From Phoronis australis (Eukaryota > Animalia > Phoronida), in assembly GCA_002633005.1 (NCBI GenBank), contig NMRA01000813.1, positions 37,170 to 101,169 of the forward strand: 64,000 nucleotides of DNA, given 5' to 3'. The position numbers and the translations under genes are program-made. Positions 52,101-61,816 of this stretch are shown here, one piece after another (the first letter of the stretch is position 1; each line of letters starts with the position of its first letter). The notes under the pieces are model-generated. The model did no database searches. It was not told where the DNA came from and saw only the letters and a program-made list of their open reading frames with translations.

Positions 52101-55100
52101 AGAACAAATAATTGAACATAATGACACCTCTTTCAGGACAAGGGGAGCGGCTGTGTCTGGGGAGTCACGTGTTGCTGCTCTCGCCAACAACATAGAACGA
52201 ACTTCGTCCGAGAACTTCTTTTCACACGCTGCTCAAAGCACTGGTACATTCGAGGAATTAACCAAGTTGAAAATTTATGACCACATAAACGAAAAAGCTT
52301 TGGATGAGCTAAATCAGACCAAGTTTCAAGCATTAAAAGGTTCTGCAACCATTAACCAGAAGCAAGACGCCATTTCGTTCCACGTACCCAAGGAAGGGGC
52401 AATTGATGCCTTTCCTGAACCAACTTACAAATGTATTGAACAACACTATTTTGAATCCCAGAACACAGGACATCCAATGGCAAAAAGAAGAAAGATACAT
52501 GTTGACACAAAAGGAATAACACAGTCGAATCCTTATTCCAATGATAATCGAAAGTACTGCAATCTCTTTAGGAAATTAAAGAAGAGAAAAAAATTAAGAA
52601 ATTTTCTACAAAATACTAATTGCAAGGCGCCGAATATTACCGAAGAGCTAAAACGTCATGTGAATAGCACAAACAATGCATCTAGAAATATTCATTTCTC
52701 AACGGGATCCAGGCGCGACCAAAATGTCCACTACTTTAGACAATCCTTTAAAAACGCAAAACTGTCTAATACCACCCCGACTGCCCCGAGCTTTGTACAG
52801 AAAGATGCAGTAAACGTTTTTAAGACCGGACAAGGTAAAGCTATAGGCAGTGCATTTCGTCCGTATGCTTCAGCTTCTGATCGTAGTCAAGTGTCAAATA
52901 TACGAGACAGCATAACAGCCATGCAGAATTTGGCGGGAATCCGCGAGTCTGGGCAAGTCTATGAAGGATATCGCGCAGGAAGCCATTTTATTCCTTTAAG
53001 AGATATCGGCAAAGGAAAATGTCGCTTAAAAGAGCACGTTTTCTTGCACAACCAGAACATGGATTCCTTGGACGACCAGCGACACAGAATCTCCGATTTC
53101 CCACTCGCGAGGCAAGAGAACTCCTTTTTAAAGCAAGACACGTTATGGAAGTTTGGTTCACCTAGAGAAAGTCACTACCAAAGACGACTGGCTGCGGATA
53201 ACTACCGATACCCGTGCTTAAGCAAACAGCCGTTTTATCATTCACAAAACGCTATTTCTCCCCCCCATCCTTGCGCTACGCAAGCCACCCAGGGTACACA
53301 ATACAAAAAGCGTCCATCAAGTGCTGACAGCTTTTGTCACCAGCGAGGAAATACCAGTCCCCGATCACCGTCTCCTTATGACATTGTCTTGGCTACCGGT
53401 CATAGTGACATGTTAGTTTCTGTCAATGCATCCAATTCTGTCAAATCATCGTCTCAATTCTCCTTAGGCATTTACATGGGGATATCGAGGGCAAATTCAC
53501 CTTTGACGGTGTCTGCAAACCAGTGCGATTTTTCACCTGTGTGTATTAACGAAGTGGATAATGTGACGCTTCGGTACGAAAGCCACAGGCGTGGAAATGA
53601 TTTAACAGCAAATAAAACACTATCGAATAAATACCAATGTGCTTCCTATCTCTTAGATACGTCTTGTAAGGGACAATCGTCGTTAATGAACAAACTCAAC
53701 GTTGACGCCGATAGTAAGTCATTCACTCTGGAGCTGCCACACGCATGTACAACCTCTGCAGCGTCGTCTCCAGTGTGCGTGGATGTTCTTGTTGACAGTT
53801 CAAGAGAAGCGTCCCCGTTGACTTCATCTGCCTGGCCAGATTCTTCCTTAGGATACTGGAGCTATGAAAAAGGTGTAAATGACCAAGACACTAAACAGGA
53901 AAGTAAAATACTTGTAGGAGAGTACTTCATAAGCAACAAAGGAGGAATTTCTAGTAAGAGGTATTTCACGGATTTTCCTGAATTTGGCGGACCTGTAATT
54001 TCTCAGAAAAGATTGCTCGATAATTCAGGAAAAGGAAACTCTTCGTTCTCCAATCAATATCAGGAAAATCGATCACCTTGGTATTCATTTTCAAACACTG
54101 ACACAAAAGTGCTACATTGGAAATCAGATACTATGAGAAATGAGGGACAGGATACAAAGAACAATGTCGTAAGTCTCCCAGAAGAAAACCAGTCGAAACT
54201 GGGCCAGGAAAATCTGCATCAAAACCACTATGATTTTGCTTTGAGACCTCAAAACAGTTTCTATGAAACAGCACTGTTGCAAACCGGGTCAGACTGGACT
54301 TCATGCCAAAATGGCAGTCATTTTAGCTCTGAGCAGTTTCGGTCAAATCAATCACATTGTAATGCGCACACCCATTGGGCTCCTAATAATTTCGAAAGTT
54401 CACACGGTATGCCAACCTTCAGCGAAGAAGCAAATGATAAGAGAGTCAGAATACCAAGTCCTAAATATATTTCCTCAAAATCAGTCACTCTTGAATTTCC
54501 CAGTGGTTTTGGTTCCAAATCACCGTCGACTGTTTCGGATAAGAGCTTTGGAGTAACTTCTCCGCTAAGCATTTCTATTCATACAAGTGGAGACGAGACG
54601 GCAGAGATCGAAATTGCCGCTGAAAAGAAGTGCAGTAAATGTTCCACCAGTAACACGTATTCTGTAAATAGCAATTTCCTTTACGAAGACGAAAGTAATG
54701 TTAAATCTGCTATTCGTGTACAACAAAGTCAAACTGAAATTCCAAGCATTCGTTTAATAACGCCCTCTCCAGAGCCAAAAAGAATTAGTGGACCATCTGG
54801 CTGCAACAAAGACGACAGGAACACGAATAGTAATACTGTTGAATTGTTGCACAAAGAAGACAGTTCGAGAGTGCCAGTCCAGCCGCAATGTTGGGAGATT
54901 GACATCAGGCCACGTTGCCGCAACACTCTCGTTCAGCAATTTAATGAAGATGTAGCATCCCTGGAAGACACGGGATTGAAAGGACCGGAAATAAACCAAC
55001 ATAGACTAAATCTAAGACCACCGGAAAAGATAAGATATAATCGCAAGCAGGGTATTTGCCCTCGATACTTTAATACTTTCACAGAAAACCAAGAAGAAGT

Positions 55101-55977
55101 TGGCGTGAAAGGAAAGCAAACGAAGTCTAAAGAATGTTCCGAACTCTCCAAAGCGTTACGAAGAAAACGATTTCGGTCTCCTCGAGAACTCAACGTTTCC
55201 AAAAATACCAAAAGTCAATACAAAATTAAACAAAGCAATTCGGTACAAGAAGAACAAAAGCAAAAGTCTTATCTCCAAAGCAACTCGAAGAATCACAGTT
55301 CAGAATTGCGACCACTCCCGAATTTCAAGTATTGTCGTAAAGGATTGTCTCCCACGAGGTATAAAGAAAATAGACAGGTCTTGTCGAATGTTCATACCAT
55401 ACAAACGAAAGCAACTTCAAATGTGTTACCAAGAGAGGAAAAACGCACTCCGTCATATAGACCACAATTGCCAGCATTGCTGTCGCCTTTCCGGTTCATC
55501 CGTAATCCGAGCTTCACTTTAGACGTTCTTCCGTGCAGTTCGAACAGTCGGAAAACAGACAGTGTATTTTGCACGTCGTATTATCGTCCATGTGACGTTT
55601 CACCAGTGGTTTGTACCCATGGTACACAAGGATCCAAGCGCCACGGTGCTTGCGATGACGATAACATGTCTGTCGATATTAGGATGTCTCCCAACTCTCA
55701 GTTGCAAGTCCTCACCAATGAGAATTCGATCTCTGTTGCAAGTTTGCCCGCCGATAGCTGCTCTCAATTAGCTAGTTCTCATGATATCAAAGACAGACTA
55801 CCAAGTCCGATTACAATCAATTACTCTCATTCGCTCTGCAATAGTAACGTCTCTTTGTCCAATTATGACCAGTCGTCAAGAAATTGCAGAAGTCCGCACT
55901 GCAGCGATGGTTCTGTTGTTGAAGTAATGTTTTCACCATCTGTTTCGACAATATCAATTACTACAGAACCTATATGA
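49189..55977 (+). CDS. 2262-aa uninterrupted ORF: uncharacterised, mostly low-complexity/disordered Ser/Thr/Asn/Lys-rich protein with an N-terminal hydrophobic (signal-anchor-like) helix
   Basis: A 6.8-kb stop-free frame in AT-rich DNA cannot be chance. A-rich start context aaacaaacaATG; AIVFIPIILMVLLMYLVINYF followed by basic residues; AATAAA 55 nt after the stop; possible 5'UTR acceptor cttccag at 49160. I see no RT, transposase, integrase or protease motifs. Confidence 0.88.
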   Translation: MNKLETSGSTTGAIVFIPIILMVLLMYLVINYFKMCLKVKKPEKNLETGENSLECQVTREDSTTYVFNSGPPLEEAHGNHVWSQSIARNALSAIDDQYINEQSHFKATETSQMHPRFSLNQKETTSEVAGKQKHDAGDAQESEQEQNWRETPFEGFSGVMSGFTSEASSKQVFDKNELKDQIAHMIDSKVQAYGLSLKQSDHSEGNRTENKETENLRRSEGALTRTEDEKLRKFGTLKDKTSEGSVNSTMLPEFVAMIGMTENVTSITSLNCHDLGKGNNFDRETLRSETDDFDQISDKLTEVIQNKCEVALKLKDSSTETVKYPYVPQQFDKTLKSEVDAVNAVGLPEKSSLPSDSLKSIVELHLEMSTDDTNDNADKSARLANSDAYKFTTNLSEPTNHFSDTDLSEPGDQSQKMSSTKCYREIGRNSLAVDESTQTLPRSSDEVRPQIRRKRKIIGPRRLKQRPPLRTRNDSLRKTQFPYSGAVQRSPILGYTPSTLRRQSNRARNAVDKLKGQYTVYTSDKCQEKESDPPQKPKRPRKLKMPNVGTKTKGIAINSSSKIARITPSFQKIPIRKRTRVLKTQTPKHSSRNPFAIRRTSDNARSDSIQKYRTQVPSRDGDATMHDQKELQSKNALRDSLTGGLILRHVASIVSETCDKSMGGELRLQLRDIITTKLSQNYEEILNAMDDLIYESFVEAINGMPTNTSTSSNAKTREDDNDGECFAMQGKLSDGKVSEGSRDHSVSSIDKNISAPTSENKGLGDLEIEVQHTGPVNVIKYGFSPDGTDAPNITFVGLDGRQHGIMSEPFTSAVPAPTTAGVDGNDPRRGTTPEMSSKCVSPVFVDVLVDNTRDPSPIAIVIHPNDGTKESAARFGYESERGKGNIQFTGEYYLVSQQSNASEESTGSCRGATPNADQTKNNAEDDYVYQESNNARIIPSDTYTKVYPEDSRTTCALGSNVTSDENNSTKVEQIIEHNDTSFRTRGAAVSGESRVAALANNIERTSSENFFSHAAQSTGTFEELTKLKIYDHINEKALDELNQTKFQALKGSATINQKQDAISFHVPKEGAIDAFPEPTYKCIEQHYFESQNTGHPMAKRRKIHVDTKGITQSNPYSNDNRKYCNLFRKLKKRKKLRNFLQNTNCKAPNITEELKRHVNSTNNASRNIHFSTGSRRDQNVHYFRQSFKNAKLSNTTPTAPSFVQKDAVNVFKTGQGKAIGSAFRPYASASDRSQVSNIRDSITAMQNLAGIRESGQVYEGYRAGSHFIPLRDIGKGKCRLKEHVFLHNQNMDSLDDQRHRISDFPLARQENSFLKQDTLWKFGSPRESHYQRRLAADNYRYPCLSKQPFYHSQNAISPPHPCATQATQGTQYKKRPSSADSFCHQRGNTSPRSPSPYDIVLATGHSDMLVSVNASNSVKSSSQFSLGIYMGISRANSPLTVSANQCDFSPVCINEVDNVTLRYESHRRGNDLTANKTLSNKYQCASYLLDTSCKGQSSLMNKLNVDADSKSFTLELPHACTTSAASSPVCVDVLVDSSREASPLTSSAWPDSSLGYWSYEKGVNDQDTKQESKILVGEYFISNKGGISSKRYFTDFPEFGGPVISQKRLLDNSGKGNSSFSNQYQENRSPWYSFSNTDTKVLHWKSDTMRNEGQDTKNNVVSLPEENQSKLGQENLHQNHYDFALRPQNSFYETALLQTGSDWTSCQNGSHFSSEQFRSNQSHCNAHTHWAPNNFESSHGMPTFSEEANDKRVRIPSPKYISSKSVTLEFPSGFGSKSPSTVSDKSFGVTSPLSISIHTSGDETAEIEIAAEKKCSKCSTSNTYSVNSNFLYEDESNVKSAIRVQQSQTEIPSIRLITPSPEPKRISGPSGCNKDDRNTNSNTVELLHKEDSSRVPVQPQCWEIDIRPRCRNTLVQQFNEDVASLEDTGLKGPEINQHRLNLRPPEKIRYNRKQGICPRYFNTFTENQEEVGVKGKQTKSKECSELSKALRRKRFRSPRELNVSKNTKSQYKIKQSNSVQEEQKQKSYLQSNSKNHSSELRPLPNFKYCRKGLSPTRYKENRQVLSNVHTIQTKATSNVLPREEKRTPSYRPQLPALLSPFRFIRNPSFTLDVLPCSSNSRKTDSVFCTSYYRPCDVSPVVCTHGTQGSKRHGACDDDNMSVDIRMSPNSQLQVLTNENSISVASLPADSCSQLASSHDIKDRLPSPITINYSHSLCNSNVSLSNYDQSSRNCRSPHCSDGSVVEVMFSPSVSTISITTEPI

Positions 55978-56031
55978 AAAACTCAGCTAAGTTTTGATTT
56001 CCTGCTCTGGAAAATTAATGTAATATGGTTC

Positions 56032-56037
56032 AATAAA
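56032..56037 (+). terminator. polyadenylation signal AATAAA for the 2262-aa gene
   Basis: Canonical hexamer just downstream of the stop codon. Confidence 0.6.
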
Positions 56038-56439
56038 AAGAGTATTTCATTAGCTGTTTTGAATGCACAATCCATTGAAATAAGGACTCCGTTTTTAGAT
56101 TAATTATTAGAAACGGGTTCTGAGTCAAAGAGGAGCATGTAACTGAGATAAAATGATAGAAAAACATAACAACACAAACACGCAGTAGATTTGGAGAACT
56201 TAGTTGAATCCCTATATATTTGGAATTATTTTATGCAAATGGGCACACGTGCCTATTTCTTGTTAAAGATTTGGCACAGAAATTTGGTTTTACTCTCCAC
56301 TTCAAAATTGCTGCAAAAAGGCTCAGCTTAAAAATTATCAACGTATCACACTATAGACGCCGTTTATATGAATTGTAACTAGCAGTTATGTATAACGCAT
56401 TTCTGTTTACAACAATAACAATATTGAGTTTGTTCCATC

Positions 56440-56630
56440 GAGCGGGACTCTCCTATATTAAAATATAGGACTCCGTTCTTCGGCAGGCATCGGGTGGGAC
56501 CTTGCCTATTAATTTTGGAGGCATCGCTCTTCGGCCACTTTCGAGTGGGGTCCTATATATTTATATAGGTGGGGCTGGGTCTGAGCGGGGCCTTCCATAT
56601 TAATATAGAAGCTCCACTTATATATAGAAA
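56440..56630. repeat. cluster of four degenerate palindromic units (G-rich arm, CCTATATT/AATATAGG-like core)
   Basis: gagcgggactctcctatattaaaatataggactccg; gggtgggaccttgcctattaattttggagg; gagtggggtcctatatatttatatagg; gagcggggccttccatattaatatagaagctcc. Confidence 0.65.
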
Positions 56631-56689
56631 CTTAATTCTTTGGAATGGCAGTATGTTGTTTCTGTTGGTACGACTTTTTGTTATTTTTC

Positions 56690-56820
56690 TCCTTCCGGGC
56701 GACCAATCAGAATGAACTGTGTGCTTCGTAGTGACGGAAGGAAATCTGCGATTACTTCATGGTCAGATGCAAGGGCACACTGATTGGTACAAGAATTAAC
56801 ATTGATACAATGATTGGAAT
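56690..56820. promoter_or_regulatory. promoter-like cluster upstream of the channel gene
   Basis: Three CCAAT/ATTGG boxes (ccaatcag ~56703, tgattgg 56781 and 56811) plus ETS-like cttccgg and cggaag. Confidence 0.4.
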
Positions 56821-58056
56821 TTTGAGACCACGGAGTTTCAAAATCTACAAAATAAGTCCTTCAAGATGGCATAAATTGGGTACTGGGAGTGACAAGTAGT
56901 GACTAATACCACAGAGTTAAAAATACGTGGCGTAGGTAAAACTTCCTTCAGACATCTCAACACTCCTGCACTCGTTATTTGTGAAAAACGTCCACCTTTT
57001 AGTTCTTTGTTGACATAACCCGAAGTAGACAATTCCAATCAGTTTGCGGGAACTTGGTTTCGTTTAAATTCATACTTTGACCTCCGACTTCGACTGACCA
57101 AACACTGGGTTCGAAATTTTATTTCGGCCTAAAAACTTTGGAAATAAGTTGCTTGTCACGAGTGCCACTTCGCAGCTGAACGTCTCGTTAATAACTGAAA
57201 AATAAGTTATAACCAATTATAAAGACGAAAAAGGTTAATGTTGGAAGTGACTTGAACATACCTGTTAGAAGTACCTAAACTTTGTATTTTATTTTGTGAT
57301 TGCAGAACAAACATTCATAAAACAAATGTCACTTCTTTCCGTAAAATACCGTAACATGTTAGCACCCAAAATGTCTTGTTAAAAACTCCTAGCATGTCGT
57401 TTGGTAGGCTATCAAAAGTGGACTGCAGCTGAAAAGATATCAGAAGCCAGACCAGTCCCGGCATCCAGGCACTGAGGACCTCAGGTCGTAGCGTATGAAG
57501 AATGACCAGTGTCGAGTTTGTTGACAAATTTTGCCGAGAAATTGCTGGTTGTCTGAGAGTCTCGTTTAGTGAACAAAAGTGACAAAATGAAAATGAAAAT
57601 GAAGCATTGAAATTAGGCTTGGTTTGATAAGTACAACTCTTGGTCAACACTCAGTCGAGCAGACAGGCGATGCAACTCATACGGCTAACCTCGGAGTCGC
57701 AATCTCTGCATAGGTCACGATGTGGGAGTTGGCATTCCTGGGTAGGCCAAGAGTGAAGTTCAGTTGCGGCTGTCTCGCGGCTAGAAACTCTGGCCAAAAT
57801 CACGTGCTCTCATTTAAAATACACGACAATATCTCACGTAATCTTGCGAAGTCAAGTCTTTCTTTTAAGCGAGTTCCTAGCGTAGGCCTTAGGATTATTG
57901 AATTCTGCCCAGGGCTAAAGTTCTATGTAGCCTATGCTACGACCCACGGCCTAAACGCAATAGAAATCTTCACGTGATGTGCTCTGTCACCTGCACGTGA
58001 AGGCTTATTTCCAGCGCGTCCTTTTGTGAAAGGATGAATAAAACAGACAACAAGAA

Positions 58057-58780
58057 ATGCGGATACAGTTTGAAAAGCGCAACGATGTCCAATATGCGTC
58101 ATCCGAAAACATGTTGGCTGTCCAAACTCCTGTCATTCGTGTACAGCAAGGTAAAGGGTCGACTGCTGTGGAACGCGGAAGCGACATTCCAAGTATCAGT
58201 GCTCTCGAGTTTCGACGTAGAAGCTCGGTTAGTGCACACGGAGCTGCTGGAATGGTGCATTATCCGGAAACGATGAGCAGGCAAGGCAATTCGGTTGTGA
58301 AAATGTCAAATTTTTGGTTTTATTTTCGCCATGTTTGGTTAGATTATCTGGAGTTGTTCCTCCCAAAACACTGGACCCCGTACAACCCCGTCATTCGCAT
58401 CTGGAACTGGTTTAGTATTATTTGTGTCATGTGGACACTGATTGTAACGCCTTTTATGGGAGCTTTTATCAGCACTGACATCGGTCTGTGGGTGATCGCG
58501 TTATTTTGCGATGTCTGCTTCGTAATGGATATCTTCGTTCACTTTCGCGTTCCGTACGAGCGAAGTGGGATTCTTGTGAACAGCAACAAGGCCATCATGT
58601 TCACGTATATATTCGGCAGGCGAGGCGACTATGTCGGCATCGTCGACATATTGACGGCATTGCCCTTAGAACTTCTTTGTTTTATACCCTTCGGTTGGAC
58701 CAATATTAACACTCGACAAATAGCAGCGGAGCTGCGCTACGTGAAACTCATAAGAATGTACAGAATACCGATTTTCTTTG
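58057..58780 (+). CDS. first coding exon of a cyclic-nucleotide-regulated cation channel (CNG/HCN/KCNH superfamily): N-terminus and S1-S4
   Basis: S1 WNWFSIICVMWTLIVTPF; S2 CDVCFVMDIFVHFR; S3 VDILTALPLE; S4 LRYVKLIRMYRI. In-frame stop upstream of the ATG, acceptor ttatttccag at ~58014, and donor G|gtaagt at 58780 (phase 1). Confidence 0.9.
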
Positions 58781-60210
58781 GTAAGTATTAACATAACTAA
58801 AAAGCCATAGAAAAACACTGTTTAGGTAAAATGATTGTTACCTTGGGAAAGTGGAGAGAGCCAAGGGCAGACAGAGAGGGTAGGGGACAGAGAGGGAGTG
58901 AGAGAGAGAACCCCTGAATATAGTGAAGCAAAAATATACAAAACTGTGATATAAATAAACGGCTACGAATCAAAAGCTTATAATGTCGAATTTAAAATGA
59001 AGAAGGCACTGAAAAAATAAAAGAGCACAAATGATCCAAAGAGGAAGAGTAATATTATGGAAGTCGGAACCTTCCTTTCGCTGGCAAAAGCAATTAGAAT
59101 AAATAATAAAGATTGGACATCAGTGTTGATACACCCTCCGATCATCTGGACAAGGTAAGTAAGATTAAAATGCCAACATCGAAAACAATAATAATAATTA
59201 CGCCACACTTACGTATCTCTGTAAATTACTAAGCACTTCGAAAATTATCACCTAGTTATGGAGCTAGGCGCGAGGTCTACTGTTTATACTCAGAATTGAA
59301 CTACAGATTATTTTTGACTGTATAGGCCTATTTTTTGTGCGAACTCAAGTTAATTATCTGTTAGTCTGTGCTCGGGTACACTGTGGTTTAACCATACGAT
59401 TGTGTAGTCCAAGTTCACAGTTAATGGTCCCTAGATCTGAGCTACAAACTCGAATAAAAAACACACTCGAGTACAAAGCTCAAGATTTCGAGCAAAAACT
59501 CGAAATCTGGAGTTCAGGCTCAAACTTTTAGCCTAATGCTGGGGTCATAAAATGTAAACTAGGACCAGAAGTAATCTACGTAAATCATTATGCACTCGAG
59601 CATAGAACGATATTCATTGGTGTACGTACAAAAGTAGAATAGAAAATGCCAAAATGACTTTCGATTTCTAGTAAAAATGTTACTATAGCAGCCCTGGCCG
59701 CTGGTCAATTTCAGTCAATCCTCCTCAACTTCCCAGGAGCATGCAATGGGTGCAACAGGTGTCAGAGCACACCGATTTATCCAAACACTTTTGTAAAAAA
59801 ATTCAAGTGCCAAACTGCTCCCGTGGTTACCTGAATCGAAAAAATTTTTTTTTTGAAAATGTGATGTGAATATGCATTTCCATTCCTGTTTGTGGGCCTA
59901 AATCAAATCATATAATAATGGCAGATGCATCATCGCCTACCACGCAGCCAGCCAGCTTACTGTATGAAAACTAACGTCAAAATGCCGATAGGGCCGTTGT
60001 GTGTTAGCTTCACAAAGATCTCGAAATGTCACAACGTTCGGGTACTTCTGCTCGTCTGATACCTCGAACGTCGTGAAACTTATATCAACATGTAGAGCAA
60101 ACGACCGGGGGGATGCATGCAAAACCTGGGAGTCGACTGACACTCATCTTGCCCGTTATAGTCTTCTGAGTGGAAAACAATCTGATGAATGTCATTTTAT
60201 TGTGTCATTC

Positions 60211-60511
60211 CAAGGGCGGATCCAGGATTTTGAGTTGGGGGGCAGGGCACAGGAATAATCAGAATTTCGGCAGACGCGCGCGCCCAGCCTAAAATTTAGG
60301 GATGCAGGGGTCCTGAATTTTTGGGTTTGCGGATCTTTTGACTTAAAAAAAAAGCTGGGTTTGTTCAGGGCCTACATTGTTTATTCACCCCCCGAGCGGT
60401 TGCGCGCATGTGCTAGTCAACATTTTGCACCCCTACTGCCAAATGGTATCTGGGAGAATTTTAGGGGGGTCATGGCCCCCTTGCCCCCCCCCCACCCTAA
60501 ATCCGCCACTG
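60211..60511. mobile_element. 301-bp non-autonomous DNA element with short TIRs and a 5-bp target-site duplication, in the channel intron
   Basis: Ends caagggcggatccagg ... cctaaatccgccactg, flanked by CATTC on both sides (60206-60210 and 60512-60516). Confidence 0.8.
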
Positions 60512-60854
60512 CATTCGATCGGCTGTTGTAACAAAGAAAACTCCCGCAAGGATTTCATGACCTGTTTTCTTAAACTCTGATGATCAGCTTTAGACATGAG
60601 TGTTTTGCCAGCACTTACTCACGGCTAGACAGGTTCCTAAGAAGTTTACTGCTTATTCCTATTTTCCCAGTTGTTTTGATGGCCTTTTGAAAACATGATG
60701 ACAAGAAACTAAAAATTTGGGTAAAACTGCGCGTGCCAATTCTAATAGAAGGCTATGCAATTTTAGATTTTCTTAGGGAACATAATATTTGGACAAAAAG
60801 ACCATGTTTGTCGTTTTATATGTGGTACTTTGGTATGTTTGTCAATACTTCTAG

Positions 60855-61061
60855 GTTTGCATGAGAACATCCTCGGCTCGCACACGTTTAGACTACGTAC
60901 CGCCAAGTACCTCATCGTGTGCTTGCTGTTCACTCACAATGCCGCCTGTTTCTGGTATCGGAGCGCGTGCATTGGGGTCCACAGCACTGATGACGTAGTG
61001 ATGGGTGAAGACCAAATAGATCGCTTTTGCTACTCGCCGAGTTGGGCCTCGAGAATAGAAG
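60855..61061 (+). CDS. second coding exon of the channel: S4-S5 linker, S5 and extracellular turret
   Basis: Acceptor tacttctag|GT, phase-compatible with the previous exon. KYLIVCLLFTHNAACFWY matches the H-x-x-AC-x-WY S5 motif. Donor GAAG|gtacgt at 61061, with an alternative ATG|gtgcgt at 61072. Confidence 0.85.
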
Positions 61062-61540
61062 GTACGTCTATGGTGCGTTGCGTGTTTTTGGAGATTGTAA
61101 GTCCGAAATGTTGTTCGTGGCATAGCTTTCAAGCACCTGAGCACGCATGTATTCTACTAAACATTAAAATAGTAATTAAAGTATTGCTTTCAGGGTTAGG
61201 AATCAGATTCAGTTTATTTCACAAGAATATTTTTGTTTTAAACTCCAAGAAATTAAAAGATTTTCATAGGCTTAAAACCCAAAACAGATTTTTACAACTA
61301 TTTTGTACTTCTGTTTCGAAGGCAACAAGCAAAACTGACGAAACCAAGGGCATTTCGCATTGTTTTAAATTTGAACCCTAGCTTTTTGGTACAGGGACCG
61401 TCTTATCACACTCGCCTTCGCCATTCCCTGGTAGTTTGAAATATACGCAACTAATATTCGGCACTAATTAATATGCGGCACTAATGACGGGATCGTTTGC
61501 AATGAACATGCTACTTACTTAATAAAATATTTAGCTACAC

Positions 61541-61816
61541 CAGTGGGGGATAGCGTGTGAATGCATGCGCCTACCCAGCCTAAAATAAAGGGGGGGGGCT
61601 AGAATTTTTCGATATGCGGACCTTTTGCTGGAGGACATCAACGAGGACCACTATGTTCAGGCCCAGGAATTGTGCATTCTCGCTGACTTCCCGTGGATTG
61701 ATGAACTTTTGTCTTGTTTATACGGACTTTTTGTTTCGCTAAGGCGGACCTTTTTGCCCATTTTGCCAAATTTGGGGGCTCCTTCGAGCCCCTCGAGCCC
61801 CCTAGGTACGCCCATG
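61541..61816 (+). mobile_element. degraded relative of the 60211 element
   Basis: Shares cccagcctaaaat...gaattttt...tgcgga(t/c)cttttg with 60282-60340 and ends in ccccctaggtacgcccatg. Confidence 0.6.

Noticed and set aside
49189-55977. Retroelement or viral polyprotein interpretation of the long ORF
   Set aside because: No YxDD, DDE, zinc-knuckle or protease motifs and no flanking LTRs or TIRs were seen. The short ORFs nested within it are shadow frames.
61073-61381. C-terminal part of the 183-aa ORF as channel sequence
   Set aside because: Read-through into AT-rich intron after the donor sites; no pore motif.
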